The position numbers and the translations under genes were made by a program. A DNA stretch of 64,000 bases, taken from Octopus vulgaris. Taxonomy: Eukaryota. The stretch covers positions 163,370,001-163,434,000 of the forward strand of contig OX597815.1 in assembly GCA_951406725.2 (NCBI GenBank), given 5' to 3'. Position 1 is the stretch's first letter. Each line of letters begins with the position of its first letter. Below the pieces are notes generated by a model. The model searched no databases and was not told where the DNA came from. It saw only the letters and a list, made by a program, of their open reading frames with translations. Of this stretch, positions 1 through 11,259 are shown in pieces.

Positions 1-19
1 GTATGTATGTATGTATATG

Positions 20-53
<34 letters not shown>

Positions 54-365
54 TATGTATGTATGTATGTATATGCGTGCACGCTAGCTCGCACGTTTAT
101 ATACATTTATGTCTAACACACCCCCTTACACACGCACGCGCGCACACAATGTTTATGTTCCATAAACAAATACATATTGCATAAACATGTGTGTGTGTGT
201 GTGTGTGCGCGCGCGCGTGGTTGAGTGGTAAGAAGTTTACTTCTCAAGCACATGGTACATAGCATCTTGGGGCAAGCATCTTATACTATAACCTCGGGCC
301 ATCGAAAGACTTGTGAGTGAATTTGGTACACGGAAACTGAAAGATGCTCGTTTATATATATATAT

Positions 366-748
366 ACTCTTACTCTTTACTCTTTTACTTGTTTCAGTCA
401 TTTGACTGCGGCCATGCTGGAGCACCGCCTTTAGTCGAGCAAATCGATCCCAGGACTTTTTCTTACTCTATCGGGTATTTTTGCCGAACCGCTAAGTTAT
501 GGGGACGCAAGCACACCGGCAGCGGTTGTCAAGCGATGTTGGGGGGACAAGCACAGACACACAAACATACAGACATATATATATATATACGACGGGCTTC
601 TTTCAGTTTCCATCTACCAAATCCACTCACAAGGCTTTGGTCGGCCCGAGGCTAAAGACACTTGCCCAAGGTGCCACGCAGTGAGACTGAACCCGAAACC
701 ATGTGGTTGGTAAGCAAGCTACTTACCACACAGCCACACCTGCGCCTA
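366..748 (-). mobile_element. tRNA-derived SINE, family A (full-length copy with internal microsatellite)
   Basis: Minus strand reads ggcgcaggtgtggctgtgtggtaag...gggttcagtc (A/B-box-like head), then caccttgggcaagtgtctt (CORE-like) and a (taaaagag)n tail. The same sequence recurs many times in the window. Confidence 0.8.
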
Positions 749-764
749 TATATTAATATATATA

Positions 765-839
<75 letters not shown>

Positions 840-964
840 TAATAATGATAACAGGAAGAATATTTTATAAGCTTAAAGCTTATAAGCAATCACCGTGCAA
901 TGACTAAAGAAAACAGTCGCTTATAAGCTCTAAGAGTGTAAAATACTATTATTAATCGAATATA

Positions 965-1022
<58 letters not shown>

Positions 1023-1134
1023 TTCCCCTGTGTGGTGCCGTGGGCAAATGTCTTCTAATACAGCCTCGGGCCGACCAAAGCCTTGTGTGTGAATTTGGTT
1101 GACGGAAACTGAAAGAAACATGTCGTATATATAT

Positions 1135-1930
1135 ATTATCAATAATAAAGGGTAAAATCAATTAATTATTAATTAATTTCACCAAGTAGTGTTCAGTATG
1201 TAAAAGGACCATTCAAGGCATATTGAAAATATTACGTTATATAATTAGGGCTCAGTAAAATAATTTACTTTGCCACATACTGAAATTTTTAGAAATAGCA
1301 GCCAAAACGTTTTTTTTTGCCATTTCTACTACTTTAAGAAAAGTCTCCCAGATAGTGTTTACTCAAAAATAATTCACGTAGATATGGAAGGAAAATAGCA
1401 AAATATCACATGTACAAAGATTATTTGAGAACGCTCACGTTTCTAGATTAGTCGAATTAAAACTCGACATTTCTTTCGCCAGCTCAACATTTCTTAATTT
1501 GGATTTGAAAGCACAAAAAAATTGAACATACCCGTCCGATATGAATCACCTCAGACAAACATCTCCAAACTGCCAGTGCCAGCAAATTCAAACAGTACGA
1601 GTGAAAATTCATGTTCTTCCCGCTTCCATCCACGTGAGTTATAGAGTAAACAGATTATAACGGTGAGAACCGCAGTAAAGGACAGGGAGAAAGGAATTGT
1701 ATTATCAATAATAAAGGGTAAAATCAATTAATTATTAATTAATTTCACCAAGTAGTGTTCAGTATGTAAAAGGACCATTCAAGGCATATTCAAAATATTA
1801 CGTTATATAATTAGGGCTCAGTAAAATAATTTACTTTGCCACATACTGAAACACTATCTGGGAGACTTTTCTTAAAGTAATAGAAATGGCTAAAAAAACT
1901 TTTTGGCTGCTATTTCTAAAAATTTCAGTA
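1135..1930 (-). mobile_element. Non-coding PLE-like/retrozyme-like element: 566-bp unit, partial direct repeat, then inverted segment
   Basis: 1135-1285 is repeated at 1701-1850. 1850-1930 is the reverse complement of about 1276-1358. It starts at a (TA)n run and shares its terminal motif with the elements at 19350 and 43657. Confidence 0.75.
1424..1559 (-). ncRNA. Degenerate type I hammerhead ribozyme remnant
   Basis: Minus strand: tttgt CTGAGGT gatt...aatc ta GAAA cg tgag cg TT ctcaaa. A9 is changed and stem I is imperfect. It lies at a position comparable to the intact HHRs in the sister families. Confidence 0.4.
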
Positions 1931-2052
1931 TAAACGTAGAACACAAATAAACGTAGAACACAACGAGAAACGAAAACATAAAAACAAACAAGGAAGCGGA
2001 CTTTTTTTAACAACGAAAAACAGGTTACAAGACAAACAATACAAGGAATATT

Positions 2053-2121
2053 CCCCTTCATCAGCTGCCCCTGGTTCGACTCAATGCGTGTTTCGAAGGT
2101 AAGGGCAGAACACGATCCGGC
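2053..2121 (-). ncRNA. Hammerhead-like motif with permuted (pseudoknotted) strand order
   Basis: Minus strand: gccggat CGTG TT CTGCCCT ta ccttc GAAA CACG cattgagtcgaacca GGGGCAG CTGATGA a gggg. Stem III is CACG/CGTG, stem I is GGGGCAG/CTGCCCT, stem II is gggg/cttc. Confidence 0.6.
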
Positions 2122-2668
2122 CGATGCAGTCCTTCCTGCAAAATGAATTAAATAAAATTCTTTTGCAGAGGGGGTAAAAAAAGGAAAGAAAAAAGTGATA
2201 AGAACAGGACGTAAAAGCAATACAAATAAAAATATAGTACACATAAAGAATAAAAACAGGACAAGGAAACAAACATTGAGGGCCTTTTTAAGCCTAGACG
2301 GTGGAAAAATTCGTTGGAGAGCAAATTCAGAAAATCGACTGCTAGAGACAGGAGAAGGCGATGTTGACTTGTTGAAACCTACGAGCAAAAGAAAGTTAGT
2401 AGTTCAGTCAGCAAGGGTCAGAGAGAGGAGGAGGAGTGTGAGAGAGAGAGAGAGAGAGGAAAAGAAACCAGAAAGGGTGAAAAATAAGAAGGAGAGAGAC
2501 AGGTAGAGAGGAAGACAGACAGGAAGGAAGGAAAGGTCAAGTAAAGGGTTATAATCATATATAAAAACTTACTTGGAGGAAAAGAAACGACGCGAGGTGC
2601 TCAGTCATATAATAACAATTTAACAAATAAAACATATGCATACATACATACATACATACATACATACA

Positions 2669-2702
<34 letters not shown>

Positions 2703-2776
2703 CATACATACATCTATATGTACACCCCTCTGCAAAAGAATTTTATTTAATTCATTTTGCAGGAAGGATTGCTTCG

Positions 2777-2843
2777 GCCGGATCGTGTTCTGCCCTTACC
2801 TTCGAAACACGCATAGAGTCGAACCGGGGCAGCTAATGAAGGG
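2777..2843 (+). ncRNA. Second-arm copy of the permuted hammerhead-like motif, core mutated
   Basis: Same arrangement as 2053-2121, but the core reads CTAATGA (G5 to A). Confidence 0.5.
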
Positions 2844-2965
2844 GAATATTCCTTGTATTGTTTGTCTTGTACCCTGTTTTTTCGTTGTTAAAAAAGTCCG
2901 TTTCCTTGTTTGTTTTCATGTTTTCGTTTCTCGTTGTGTTCTACGTTTATTTGTGGTGTCTTGTA

Positions 2966-3017
<52 letters not shown>

Positions 3018-3189
3018 TGTATATATACATATAGATGTAGGTATGTACATATATGTATGTATGCATATGTTTTATTTGTTAAATTATCATTATATATATA
3101 TATATAAACAATTGTAGCGTGGAAGGTGTTTATAAGCCATTTAAGAAACACACAAAAACCGTTAGATTCACTTCAACATTTAAATTCAA

Positions 3190-3240
3190 TTTGTCAAAAT
3201 ATTTTCGTCGCTATAAGACCGCGACCTGTTCACTGACAAA
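3190..3240 (-). ncRNA. Hammerhead variant with GUGAACA core (left arm)
   Basis: Minus strand: tttgtca GTGAACA g gtcgc ggtcttata gcgac GAAA atat TT tgacaaa. Confidence 0.65.
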
Positions 3241-3280
3241 ATTCCGTGATGCATCTGATGCATCTGATACAGCACGGAAT

Positions 3281-3331
3281 TTTGTCAGTGAACAGGTCGA
3301 GGTCTCAAAGCGACGAAAATATTTTGACAAA
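3281..3331 (+). ncRNA. Hammerhead variant with GUGAACA core (right arm)
   Basis: tttgtca GTGAACA g gtcg aggtctcaaag cgac GAAA atat TT tgacaaa. It has a 7-bp stem I and a palindromic aaaatatttt helix III region. Confidence 0.65.
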
Positions 3332-3575
3332 TTAAACTTAAATGTTGAAGTGAATCTAACGTTTTTTCTGTGTTTCTTAAATGGCTTATAAACACCTTCC
3401 ACGCTGCAGTTGTTTTCGTTCCAGCACACGATCTCAGATCTGGTCACTTGCTATGCAAGTACATCTCCATAATATATATATATATATATAATTGAAACGT
3501 TGCATCCTTAAGAAGGACTTTAGCTGTTCCTTCTAGCGTAAGGGTGTCCTATGATGTGTTTAAATGTACACTGTA

Positions 3576-3634
<59 letters not shown>

Positions 3635-3763
3635 TCAGCAAAAATTTAGATTCAAATGAATATGGTACTTAATTTAGATGCACCAGAATTTTGTATGGTG
3701 TTATCCATAAAAATCCGTGGGGCGATTATAATCAAAATAAGCAACAAGAATGACTCCGTTAAT

Positions 3764-3849
3764 TTGGTACGATCGTTTCGTACTACATCATTTTATTAAA
3801 TGTTGTAAGTATTACAACAGATTTAAAATGCCGAGTACTCATCAGCCAA
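3764..3849 (-). ncRNA. Type I hammerhead ribozyme, long stem II
   Basis: Minus strand: ttgg CTGATGA gtact...agtac GAAA C GATC G TA ccaa. Confidence 0.85.
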
Positions 3850-3888
3850 TTATAGAGGTTTTTCCATTAATGCCGAAAACCTCTATAA

Positions 3889-3974
3889 TTGGCTGATGAG
3901 TACTCGGCATTTTAAATCTGTTGTAATACTTACAACATTTAATAAAATGATGTAGTACGAAACGATCGTACTAA
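3889..3974 (+). ncRNA. Type I hammerhead ribozyme, long stem II
   Basis: ttgg CTGATGA gtact cggcatttta...tgttgtaa..ttacaaca...taaaatgatgt agtac GAAA C GATC G TA ctaa. Confidence 0.85.
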
Positions 3975-4063
3975 CTTACAAGAGTCATTCTTGTTGCTTA
4001 TTTTGATTGATTGATTGATTGATTCTAGTTTCAGCTCACGAGCTGTGGCCATGCTGGGGCACC

Positions 4064-4099
<36 letters not shown>

Positions 4100-4202
4100 T
4101 TTTATACTCATCTGTATTCGAACATAATCTTATCATATCCCAATTGGCAAACACAAGCACATAAAATCGGCCGCATACGCATGCATAAATGCATACGCAC
4201 AT

Positions 4203-4262
<60 letters not shown>

Positions 4263-4399
4263 TCTCTGTGTTAATCTTGCTTTCCTCCTCCCACTCTAAC
4301 TATCTTTTCCTTCCTCCTCCTTTTCTATTTTCTTTCCATTTCTGTAACACCGACATTCACATTCACCACGATCCCCATGTGTTAACCGCTTTGTGTGTC

Positions 4400-4443
<44 letters not shown>

Positions 4444-4853
4444 TAGATTATCAGATCTGCTTTTTCCTGTTCCATGCTATATGTATTTTCTATCTCTTAC
4501 TCTCTCTTCTTTCTTTGAATCCTCACTTCCCCCCCTCTCTCTCTCTCACTTTTTCACTCTTTACACATACACACGAACGCACTCTCACGCATACATACAT
4601 GCATGCATACATACATACATACATACACACATACATACAAACACATCTCCCGTCTTTCTGTGAGTCCTTTTTCGCTGTTTATAACTAACTCACTCTCACT
4701 CGCTCCCCTACCTCCATCACCCTTTCTTCCTCCCCCATCCCCCTCTCTCTCTTGTTCAATTTCCTGCCCTCTATCTTATATTAATATTTTACTCTATTCG
4801 TTTTTTTATCACGACTCCAAACTATTTTTAACCTTTCATATTCTCTCTCTCTC

Positions 4854-4895
<42 letters not shown>

Positions 4896-4910
4896 TATAT
4901 ATATATATAT

Positions 4911-4951
<41 letters not shown>

Positions 4952-5000
4952 TATATATATATACACACACATATATATATACACATATATGTATATATAT

Positions 5001-5044
<44 letters not shown>

Positions 5045-5192
5045 GCGTGTGCTCGCGTGTGTATGTATGAATATGTACACACACACATGCAAAGGCACTC
5101 ATACAGACACAAACACACACATGTTCATCTCACACGATTCCCTTCATTTACTATCTCTCTCTCTCCCTCTCAGTACACACACACACACACTC

Positions 5193-5223
<31 letters not shown>

Positions 5224-5883
5224 TGTATGTATGTATGTATGTATGTATGTATGTACGCATGCAATTATGTATGTATGTATGTATCACTTTGTCTCCTTTT
5301 ATTTTTCATCTTGTCTCTTTCTCACTGCTTCTCGTTTCATAATATTTCTATTCTAACATTCTACTTTAGTCATCCTTATGTAATCTCTCCAACCCGCCAT
5401 TCAACTCTTCCCTTTCACTCATTTGATCTCCCTTCCTGTCAACTCTCCTTCACCCGCTCTTCCTTTCTCTCCTTCATCTCAACTTCCCCATATCGTTCTC
5501 CTCTCTTTATATTCCAACATATTCCTTTCCCCCGCCGCTTATCACCTCTCGAAAGTATCTTAACCTTTAACATATTCACACATTTTGCTTCTCTCCATAC
5601 TCTCTCCATACTCTCCCATACTCTCCCATATGTTCCCTCTCCTTCTTCTTTCACTTATCTTCACTTAAACCTCTCGCGATTTCCAGATATCAGGAACCTA
5701 TCCAAACATGATCATATATTTCCTGCTGCTTTCTCGTTTTACCTTCCCCTGCCCCACTTGTCATTATCTTCTCATTCATTCAACATCAATTAAAATAATG
5801 TTTATCTGTCAAAACTGAACTTCTGCTTCCTTGCTCTCCTCATATACCGTCTTTTATCACTCGTTCATTACATTCCCCGTGAA

Positions 5884-6197
5884 AGTGCGTGGCTTAGTGG
5901 TTAGGGTATTCGGCTTACGATAGTAAGATCGTAAGCTGATTCCTAGATATGCGTTGCATGCTTAACAAATACACTTTATTTCACGTAGGTCCAGTCTTCT
6001 TAGCCGGCAAAAATGGGTTTGTACCTGTAATTCAAATGGATTATACCTGTAAATCTATGTCACGCTGAATCTCTCTGAAAGCTACGTTAAGGATACACGT
6101 ATTAGTGGAGTGTTCACCAACATGCACGTTAATATCATGAGCAGGCTGTTTCATCGAATGGAACAGAACAATCGTCGTCGTGACCGACGGAGTGCCA
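5884..6197 (+). mobile_element. tRNA-derived SINE, family C (CORE-like)
   Basis: gtggcttagtggttagggt head, then acactttatttcacg body. It is homologous to the copies at 10355, 11745, 42109, 53601 and 59217. Confidence 0.7.
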
Positions 6198-6365
6198 TTA
6201 GTATACGTGCGCGCACACACACACACTAATGTTTCTATGTTCAGTTGTAATAAGAGCAATTTTGCATTTATCTTATGGGTTACTCTATATTTTTGTAGAG
6301 TACAAATGAATTATTTTTCTGCAAAAATGTTGTTGACAGTAACTTCGAAGTTTCGACCAGACTGA

Positions 6366-6418
<53 letters not shown>

Positions 6419-6457
6419 CAAAAAACAAAAAATATATATATATATGCATATATATAA

Positions 6458-6513
<56 letters not shown>

Positions 6514-6657
6514 GGTAAAACCCGTTATATGACTGTGCAACACTAAAAGAACTTTTACAAGTCCGTCTGTTACCTAAATCTTATTTTTATAGAACTATCC
6601 CTGATGTTTCAGGAGTGTAACACCACCCCCTTAGATGTTTGGAGAACCCAGATGTTT

Positions 6658-6746
6658 TTTCGGCTGATGAGTACAGGTCACTTATATTTACTGCAATATT
6701 TGCAGCCTTAATAAAGCTGTCTTCGTACGAAACAATTGTACCGAAA
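6658..6746 (+). ncRNA. Type I hammerhead ribozyme, canonical core
   Basis: tttcgg CTGATGA gtac...gtac GAAA C AATT G TA ccgaaa. It lies in a 260-bp insert (6511-6770) flanked by (TA)n on both sides. Confidence 0.9.
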
Positions 6747-6765
6747 TATTGATCCATTCTTGTTG

Positions 6766-6838
<73 letters not shown>

Positions 6839-7154
6839 GTAGATGTATGAACACACAAATATATATATATATGTTCTGGAGTTCCAGGGTTTTGAAGTGT
6901 GTGGAACTATTTATTAACTGTTATTGTTTCCAGGTCTGCTCTGACCCAGAGTAATAGCACCAATCAGGGTGAGGTTTAACACCATATAACGCCCCGAAAC
7001 AAGGTGCATTGACATTATGGGACACAGCATGGTGGATGTGGTCTATTTCAGCAGATAAATTTATTGTTTCAACGGCGAGTATCTCCAAATGCTGAGCAGA
7101 TGAGCTGACAACAAACTGTCAAAGGCCAGGATCAACCAGTTTGGTTAGTGTAAT

Positions 7155-7372
7155 ATTGGTTTCAAATTTTGGCATAAGGCCAGCAGTTTCGGTAGAAGGT
7201 AAGTCGATTATAATCGATCCTAGTGTTCAACTGGTCCGTATTTTATCGACCCCGAAAGGGTGAAAGGCGAAGTCAACCTCGGTAAAATTTGAACTTAGAA
7301 TGTAAAGATGGACGAAATGTTGCTAAACATTTTGCTCGGTGTTGTAACAATTCTGTCAGCTCGCTTCGTTCA
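7155..7372 (-). mobile_element. tRNA-derived SINE, family B
   Basis: Reverse complement of gagctggcagaa..gttcaaattccgccgaggtcgactttgcctttcatcctttcggggtcgata. It is flanked by gtaatattg direct repeats. Confidence 0.75.
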
Positions 7373-8804
7373 ATTAATGTAATATTGCTATCGTCTGTAG
7401 TCATGGTATGCACAGATGAGGTATTTCAGCTAGCGAAAAACGAAGGTGACTAAAACCCGGTTTAAACGTCCATACTGCATCGCTCGATCGTGTAAGAGTT
7501 GCATTGGTCCTGGCAAATCGTTCAACCTGATGATAATGATATTAAAAAGAAGATTCAACTGTAAGTATATAATTTGTATTAACTTAACCACTATCAACAT
7601 CTACAATCATGAAAGAAATCTAATTAGCAACATTATCAGCTATTTCACTATATTCACCGACGAAATTTTCTAATCGCGTTGTAATATCGTACAGAAAACA
7701 TCCTAATTCTTATAGCTGGAAGCAGCAGAAGCAACTATATACCTTGCGAAACCTACCACCTCCTAAAGATTCTAGTACTTTGAGTGATAGTATCATCGAT
7801 AAATGTTCTGGGTACAGTGGAAATAGGTTTAACAGTAGAACTCACTCCTTCAGATGCTGAAAAAAAAAAAAAGTTCTCCACGCTAAAAATACATCTCGAT
7901 CGTAATATAACGATGACGAATTCCATCGCTGCGACTACTTCATTTGTTGAGAGTTCATGACTCAGTAGTTAGTAAGTTGCACTCTCGATCGCGAATTCGT
8001 GGGTTCGATTCTCAGACTGAGCAGTGTGTTGAGATCTTCAGCCAAACACTTCATTTCCCATTGCGCTGCGATCGCATCACTACGACATCTGATGTGTGTT
8101 GCGCAACGTGCACGTGCACAAGCAAAGTCGATTTGACGGATGGAGTGGTCTAATATACGGCAAAAGCATTTGATTACTATAAGCAAATCATCTTTGCAGG
8201 TTGCTCCGCAAGAAATTGTGGAACCATTGGCAGAAGAGTCCACGATAAAGCTGCTATCCCCTTAGACGATGTATAAAAACTGATTTGCGTGCCCAAGAAA
8301 TTTAGCGTCTAACAAATTTTGAAGACGCTTAATAAGACGTGATGATTTAATACAACAGTTTGCGAGTATTCTCAGCAGCTAAACAGACTTAACAGCAACA
8401 ATTGCAATAATTATTACCAAGTTAACTCACAAAGCAAGAACTGACAAACACTCCCAGTTGTAGGTGTGAAACTATTCAACATGTAATAACAAATTGCTGA
8501 AGAGCGGTTTACTGTTGCACGTAGAATTAAAGATTAACAATAATATTTTCCAACTAGCACACCTGAACAACTGTTGACTAATAACTAAATGCCAGATAAA
8601 AAAAAGCAAAAAAAACAAAAAACAAAGCAATATTCCGTTGTTGTTAAAAACTCGTGTCTCCTACTACCCTGATAACATTGCTTTCGATAACATTCTCAAA
8701 ATGTAAATATAGAGCTTCTCTTGAACAAATAAGTTCTATATTTCCTTCTTGTTGGTACATCCAAATTCATATGTGTGTGTGTGTGTGTATGTTCATTGTT
8801 AATC

Positions 8805-9195
8805 TCTTTTGCTTGTTTCAGTCATTTGACTGCGACCATGCTGGAGCACCGCCTTTTGTCGAGCAAATCGATCTCAGGACTTAATCTTTGGAATCCTAGT
8901 ACTTATTCTTTCGGTCTGTTTTGCCGAACTGCTAAGTTACGGGGACGTAAACACACCAGCACCGGTTGTCAAGTGATGTTGGATGGACAAACGCAGACAC
9001 ACAAATATATACGCACACATACATATATATATATACATACATATATACGGCAGGCTTCTTTCAGTTTCCGTCTACCAAATCTCACAAGGCTTTGGTCGGC
9101 CCGAGGCTATAGTAGAAGACACTTGCCAAAGGTGCGCAATGGGAATGAACCAGAAACCATGTGGCTAGTAAGCAAGCTACTTACCACACAGCCAT
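8805..9195 (-). mobile_element. SINE family A
   Basis: Colinear with 366-748. Confidence 0.8.
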
Positions 9196-9288
9196 ATATA
9201 TTTTATATGTATGAACACTCACGCACACACACACACACGCACATACACACACACGCACACACACATAGCTATATAAATACATATATGA

Positions 9289-9520
9289 AGGCGGCGAGCT
9301 GGCAGAAACATTAGCACACCGGGCGAAATGCGTAGCCGTATTTCGTCTGCCGTTACATTCTGGGTTCAAATTCCGCCGAGGTCGACTTTGCCTTTTATCC
9401 TTTCGGGGTCGATAAATTAAGCACCAGTTACGCACTGGGGTCGATGTAATCGACTTAATCCGTTTGTCTTTCCTTGTTTGTCCCCTCTATGTTTAGCCTC
9501 TTGTGGGTAATAAAGAAACA
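9289..9520 (+). mobile_element. SINE family B (full copy)
   Basis: ggcggcgagctggcagaaac...gttcaaattccgccgaggtcgac...ttgtgggtaataaagaaa. Confidence 0.85.
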
Positions 9521-9697
9521 TAAAGAAACATCTATAAATACATATATACTTTATAATTGCATTGTATAATGCCAAGAATCTATATACTAATACGCTTACA
9601 CTGTCACGTGTTTAACTGAAGGGAGAGGCATAGAGTTAGGGAATTACAAATACAATGTTTAGTAAACGGATGATGGGTGGTGAGGTTAAAGAAAGGA

Positions 9698-9733
<36 letters not shown>

Positions 9734-9989
9734 GGAGGGAGCACTTAGAGGCAGAGAAGGCCACTGCAAGAGTTAGTTCAAGAGGGAGATAGAAAGGGAA
9801 AGAGGGGAGAGGGGAGGAGAGAGGGGGGAAAGAGGGAGCGAGAGAGAGAATGGGTGAAAGGTACGGAAGAGAAGGAGAGAGAGAGACAGAAAGGTATTGC
9901 TATTACGTTAGACGGAGGTAGACGAGCGACCAAAATAAACATGTTAAAAGGAGTGACAAAAAGTGAGTCTGAAAAAGAGAATCGCTTCT

Positions 9990-10352
9990 ACTCTAGGCAC
10001 AAGGCCCGAAATTTTGGAGGAGGGAGCCAGTCGATTAGATTGAACCTCAGTACGTAACTGGTACTTAATCCATCGTCCCCGAAAGGATGAAAAGCAAAGT
10101 CGACCTCGGTGGAATTCAACTCAGAACGTAGCGGCAGACAAAATACCTATTTCTTTACTGACAAACAAGGACAGACAAACGGATTAAGTCGATTATATCG
10201 ACCCCAGTGCGTAACTAGAACTTATTTAATTGACCCCAAAAGGATGAAAGACAAAGTCGACCTCGGCGGAATTTGAACTCAGAACGTAGCGGCAGACGAT
10301 ATACAGCTGAACATTTCGCCCGGCGTGCTAACGATTCTGTTAGCTCGCCGCC
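9990..10352 (-). mobile_element. SINE family B, head-to-tail dimer
   Basis: Two partial units joined at aaagaaatag|gtatttt on the minus strand (about 10140-10156). Confidence 0.75.
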
Positions 10353-10737
10353 CTACCTACTCACTTTTGCCAGCTGAGTGGACTGGAGAACCTGAAATAA
10401 GTGTCTTGCACAAGGACAAAACGCGTCGCCAGGAATTGAACTCACGACCTTACGATCGTAAGCCGAATGCCCCTAACCATTAAGCCACGTGCCCTCACAG
10501 AGCCCGAAAAAGAGAATGAGCGAATGTTGACTGAAAGCAGTAGCATAATTTTAAACGTTGTATAACAGAATATTTTGACATACACTAAAAATAAAAGTTT
10601 GTTGTTAAAGATTCTTATGTTTAACCGTTTCTATATATCCAATCTGTCGATGTTTCTATGTGGATTGATAGATTCGTTGATCGATAGAAGATAGGAAGAC
10701 GGGTGGCTAAATATAGCGACACAGTTAAATCAAAGTA

Positions 10738-11259
10738 CTGAGTTGTCCGGTAAGTTCGTGCCGATTTTTAAAAGATAGTAAAAGGTCAATAAATACTTGC
10801 CATTACATTTTTAATCAGCCAAATATGAAACATTTTATTGCACAATGCGTCTCCATCTTTCCTTTAACTTGAAAATACACTCTTCCCAGAATTGAGGTGG
10901 TTTCATGGCAAACAATTCATCAAGGTATCTTTTTATGTCATCCAAGGAATTGAAATTTTTACCATTAAGACTGTTCTGCAGAGACTTGAATAAGTGGAAA
11001 TCTGAAGGAGCAATATCTGGTGAATATGGAGAGTGGGGTAACACATCCCAGCCGAGCTGCAGCAATTTTTGTCTGGTTCCCAAATTATCAAGTGCCGAAA
11101 ATGAACTTTCTTATCTTCCATTTTAAAGGGTTACAGAATTAACACAGGTTATAAGAACATAAACCTTCTTCCACGAAAAGATAGCTTAAACTGTGCTCTA
11201 AATGGAGGTGTAGTCAAATCCTATTTTATGGACTCAACCATGTTCTAAAATAAGTCGAA
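10738..11259 (-). mobile_element. Internally deleted mariner element (one TIR lost)
   Basis: Encodes WDVLPHSPYSPDIAPSDFHLF (mariner YSPDLAPxD motif) and the N-terminus MEDKKVHFRHL. A TIR at 10738 follows a TA. It is nearly identical to 54966-55532. Confidence 0.9.

Larger units (their letters stand above)
1940..2955. mobile_element. Foldback element with about 235-bp inverted arms (PLE pseudo-LTR-like)
   Basis: 1940-2176 is the near-perfect reverse complement of 2722-2955. It ends next to (TA)n. Confidence 0.8.
3113..3410. mobile_element. Palindromic foldback element (about 135-bp arms)
   Basis: 3113-3248 and 3273-3410 are reverse complements with a short spacer. It lies between (TA)n runs. 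Confidence 0.85.
3631..4010. mobile_element. Foldback element (PLE pseudo-LTR-like) inserted after (TA)n
   Basis: Inverted arms at about 3729-3862 and 3876-4010, each carrying an HHR. Confidence 0.8.

Noticed and set aside
1288-1300. tagaaatagca resembles the Cas9 sgRNA scaffold
   Set aside because: The match is only about 11 nt, the rest of the scaffold is absent, and it is part of an endogenous repeat motif.
4019-5793. Long ORFs of YI/HT/SL/CV repeats (also the poly-T/H/I ORFs at 23769, 34360, 35219)
   Set aside because: They are translations of microsatellites and low-complexity DNA.
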